In this document: positions 61,104 through 64,000 of the stretch, one piece after another
Numbering within the stretch: position 1 is the stretch's first letter
Layout: each line of letters starts with the position of its first letter
Virus record (IMG/VR): IMGVR_UViG_3300012016_000001
Location: 1 to 64,000 of that record
DNA length: 64,000 nucleotides
Direction: 5' to 3' (one strand)
Source of the DNA: a virus
Lineage: Duplodnaviria > Heunggongvirae > Uroviricota > Caudoviricetes
The notes under the pieces: model-generated
Told to the model about the DNA's origin: nothing
Seen by the model: only the letters and a program-made list of their open reading frames with translations
The model's database searches: none
Translations under genes and position numbers: made by a program

Positions 61104-61915
61104 TTAATAATCCAGTTTTAGGAGCAATCATAGGGGACATAATAGGTGTTCCCTATGAGTTCCTTCGAGTGCCTGGGACTAGTATTCCTAAGAATTTCCC
61201 ATTGTTCAAGAAAGATAGTCATTATTCAGATGATTCTGTAATGACTCTAGCTGTAGCAAGATGGTTATTAGAAAAAGATTTAAGTTCATCTGCCTTAATA
61301 AAGTGCATGCAGGAAGTTGGACAAGCACATCCAAATGCAGGTTATGGTGGAATGTTCAGAAGATGGCTATGGGATGAAAATCCAGTCCCATATAATAGTT
61401 GGGGAAATGGCTCAGCTATGCGTGTCAGTCCAGTTGCCTGTGCTTTTGATACAGAACAAGATGTCTTGAAATATGCAAAAATATCAGCTGATGTGTCACA
61501 TAATCACCCAGAAGGTGTAAAGGGTGCACAAGCTATTGCTTTTGCTATTTGGGCAGCACAAGATTGTTGGGGAAAAGATCCTATTAAATTTGAAGTAAGA
61601 GATTTTACTCAGTATGATTTAAATAGGACTCCTAGAGAAATCATAGATTCTGGATATTCTTTTGAAGTAAGTTGTCAAAAGTCTGTGCCTGAAGCAATAT
61701 GCTGTTTCTTAGATAGTAATTCTTATGAGGAGACTGTAAGAAAGGCTGTCTTACTTAAAGGAGATACAGATACTCAAGCTTGTATGGCTGGAGCTATAGC
61801 TGCAGCTTATTGGGGAATTCCAGAAGATATTGCAAGAAAAGGTATTGACTTACTTCCTGGAGACCTATTTGATATTTTGTATGATTTTAGTGACGAATTT
61901 AATTTACCATTATGA
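61100..61915 (+). CDS. ADP-ribosylglycohydrolase family protein
   Basis: GAIIGDIIGVPYEF, SDDSVMT, GDTDT motifs. Confidence 0.7.
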   Translation: MINNPVLGAIIGDIIGVPYEFLRVPGTSIPKNFPLFKKDSHYSDDSVMTLAVARWLLEKDLSSSALIKCMQEVGQAHPNAGYGGMFRRWLWDENPVPYNSWGNGSAMRVSPVACAFDTEQDVLKYAKISADVSHNHPEGVKGAQAIAFAIWAAQDCWGKDPIKFEVRDFTQYDLNRTPREIIDSGYSFEVSCQKSVPEAICCFLDSNSYEETVRKAVLLKGDTDTQACMAGAIAAAYWGIPEDIARKGIDLLPGDLFDILYDFSDEFNLPL

Positions 61916-63093
61916 TTTTAAGTATTTTAGACACTGATTTGTATAAGTTTACGACATCGTATGCTTATCAAAAGTTATACCCTAAAGCAATGGGTACGTT
62001 TGAGTATGTAGACAGAAATAACAACGTCTATGAGGATTCTTTTTTAATAGCCTTGAAAGAACAAATTAATATCCTAGAGACTATTAAATTAACACCTTCT
62101 GAATTCTTCAGTATACTTAATAATAAGTGGTTATCTAGATTTATTCCAACTTCTTATTGGGAATGGTTAAAGCAATTTAACTTTGAACCTAATAAGATTA
62201 AAGTCTGGCTTGATGAAAATAAACATTTACATATTACAGTTACTGATTACTTATATAAGGTGACTCTATATGAAGTTCCGTTACTTTATACAGTATCTGA
62301 ATGCTACTATAAGTACTATAATAAGTTAGCTAATTATGATTTGATGTTTGATAATTTAAAACAGAAAATCACTTTTGCTAATGAAGAAAATCTAATATTT
62401 TCTGAATTTGGCACTAGAAGAAGGTATTCTTCTAATATACATGAACAAGTTATTAAATATCTAAAAGATCATTCTAAAACTTGTGTAGGAACTTCTAATG
62501 TTTACTTTGCATTAAAATATGATATGATGCCCTGTGGTACTTTTCCACATGAATGGGTAATGTTCCATGGTGCAGTATGGGGATTTCAACAAGCTAATGA
62601 ACTTGCTATGAGAGACTGGGTAAGATGCTATGATGGAGATTTAGGAACTGTACTTGTAGATACATACACTACTAAATTTTTCTTAAAGCAATTCTCACGT
62701 AAGTATAGTAAGTTGTTTGATGGTCCTCGTATTGACTCTGGAGATGAAAGAGAGCTTGGAGATTTATTCATAGAGCATTATAAAGCTCTTAATATAAATC
62801 CACTTACTAAAACTTTAGTAATGAGTAATGCTCTTACATTTCCTAAGTTTAAAGAGATTAGAGATTATTTTGCTGGACGTATTAATGTTGTCGCTGGAAT
62901 AGGCACTAATCTTACCAATGACTGTGGAGTTGTACCACTCAATGAAGTTATGAAACTTATAGAATGCCAAGAATATGAAGGAGCACCTAAACTCCCTTGT
63001 ATTAAACGTTCTGATGATAAAGGTAAACGTCTGGGCAATGCTGTACAACATGATATCTTAGACCATATTTTATTAAATGCCTCGCAAGTCTAA
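61912..63093 (+). CDS. pncB: nicotinate phosphoribosyltransferase PncB
   Basis: N-terminal LDTDLYKFT, EFGTRRR, and C-terminal phosphoribosyltransferase core. Confidence 0.7.
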   Translation: MILSILDTDLYKFTTSYAYQKLYPKAMGTFEYVDRNNNVYEDSFLIALKEQINILETIKLTPSEFFSILNNKWLSRFIPTSYWEWLKQFNFEPNKIKVWLDENKHLHITVTDYLYKVTLYEVPLLYTVSECYYKYYNKLANYDLMFDNLKQKITFANEENLIFSEFGTRRRYSSNIHEQVIKYLKDHSKTCVGTSNVYFALKYDMMPCGTFPHEWVMFHGAVWGFQQANELAMRDWVRCYDGDLGTVLVDTYTTKFFLKQFSRKYSKLFDGPRIDSGDERELGDLFIEHYKALNINPLTKTLVMSNALTFPKFKEIRDYFAGRINVVAGIGTNLTNDCGVVPLNEVMKLIECQEYEGAPKLPCIKRSDDKGKRLGNAVQHDILDHILLNASQV

Positions 63094-63358
63094 TAAAAAG
63101 GAAAAGGTGGTTATGCCTACTAGACCAGTAGGTGTACCACCCAAGCCTAAAGAAAAGTTGACTCCTGGACAAGTCTTGTATTGTTGGTATCCTCCAACTA
63201 ATGAATTCTATAAGAGGGTATATTTAAGAGATTATAAGGGAGAAGATGAAATCTTATGCGCAGATCCAGATACTAAGCAGCAATGGATTTTAAATCAATC
63301 TCATTTACATAGTACAATTTTAACTGAAAAAGAGTATGTGGAACAAATGGATAAATGA
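63077..63358 (+). CDS. hypothetical protein
   Basis: 93-aa ORF. Confidence 0.45.
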   Translation: MPRKSNKKEKVVMPTRPVGVPPKPKEKLTPGQVLYCWYPPTNEFYKRVYLRDYKGEDEILCADPDTKQQWILNQSHLHSTILTEKEYVEQMDK

Positions 63359-64000
63359 ATCTGTAGAGTGCCTTAAATGGTATATAGAAAGAAACAAACT
63401 TAAGAGTGTAGTTCTAGGATTAAGTGGAGGTATTGATAGTACTGTATCTGCAGTAATTTGTCATCTAGCTACTAAAGATAATCCTAACTGTACGTTTATC
63501 GGTAGAAGTCTCCCAATTAAAAATGAAGGAGATGATACATCGATAGCTAAAAAGCTTGGACAAGTTCTTTGTAACGATTTTGCAGAAGTGAATTTGTATG
63601 ATTCTTATAAGTTCTTTAGAGATTCATTCTATAAAGAGGAAGAGGAATCAAAGGCTACTCCAATTTCAGATGGAAACATAATGGCTCGTATCCGTATGAT
63701 ATATCTTTATCAACTTGCTTCCCTTTATAAAGGAATGGTTATAGATACGGATAATTTAAGTGAACATCTTTTAGGTTTCTATACACTTCATGGAGATGTT
63801 GGTGACTATAACATAGGAATCAGATACCTCTATAAGCATGAAATATGGGAACTTGCAAAAGAACTGACTAGTTGGGTTCCAAATGCAAAGAAGTTCATAG
63901 AGGAATCTATGGCTCTTGATCCTACAGATGGTAATGTTGGTGGTACAGATATGGACCAGATTGCTCCTGGAATGACATATGCTGATGTTGATTACGTACT
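63336..64000 (+). CDS. nadE: NAD+ synthetase NadE, 3' end outside window
   Basis: ATG at 63336. GLSGGIDS PP-loop motif. Frame stays open to the window end, which is why it is absent from the ORF track. Confidence 0.7.
   Translation, partial: MWNKWINESVECLKWYIERNKLKSVVLGLSGGIDSTVSAVICHLATKDNPNCTFIGRSLPIKNEGDDTSIAKKLGQVLCNDFAEVNLYDSYKFFRDSFYKEEEESKATPISDGNIMARIRMIYLYQLASLYKGMVIDTDNLSEHLLGFYTLHGDVGDYNIGIRYLYKHEIWELAKELTSWVPNAKKFIEESMALDPTDGNVGGTDMDQIAPGMTYADVDYV

Noticed and set aside
617-63051. All minus-strand ORFs in the six-frame track (for example 617-805, 7984-8319, 21245-21616, 24202-24552, 35990-36349, 51855-52199).
   Set aside because: Each lies entirely antisense to a longer + strand ORF with recognisable motifs or tight operon packing. 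None shows a conserved motif, and they are low-complexity translations typical of AT-rich antisense frames.

Overview
AT-rich, strictly co-directional (+ strand) segment of a large tailed-phage genome (jumbo or megaphage-like), with tightly packed genes and many ATGA or GTGA start/stop overlaps. All RNA folds and protein calls were made by eye from the sequence; no tool or database search was run. (1) Positions 2.6-12.6 kb hold a large tRNA array: about 23 near-canonical tRNAs, an initiator-like tRNA, an amber-suppressor tRNA(CUA), several structurally aberrant tRNAs, one apparently circularly permuted tRNA gene, and a tmRNA. A few small protein genes are interspersed. The spacers are not random. 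They contain at least 11 copies of a covarying long-range helix followed by a conserved CAGCAA box, and 4 copies of a covarying hairpin with a conserved 14-16 nt loop placed just upstream of tRNAs. (2) One gene inside the array (3211-3834) has a lipoprotein signal peptide and two in-frame TAG codons. Together with the tRNA(CUA), this suggests TAG reassignment. (3) Positions 22-59 kb carry a replication and nucleotide-metabolism module: SF2 helicase, a DnaB-like helicase split in its Walker A motif by a group I intron with a LAGLIDADG gene, AAA ATPase, primase, anaerobic RNR NrdD split by a second group I intron with an HNH-AP2 gene, NrdG, Dda/RecD-like helicase, dUTPase, DNA ligase, RNA ligase, sigma-70 family factor, T4-like Pnkp, family A DNA polymerase, ThyX. 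(4) Positions 59.9-64 kb carry an NAD+ salvage island (metallophosphoesterase, PncA, ADP-ribosylglycohydrolase, PncB, NadE). The tmRNA tag start (GENN) and one TTTG/TAnnTTTG-type promoter hint at a Bacteroidota host (inference). No CRISPR array, rRNA or transposase was seen. All minus-strand ORFs in the track look spurious.
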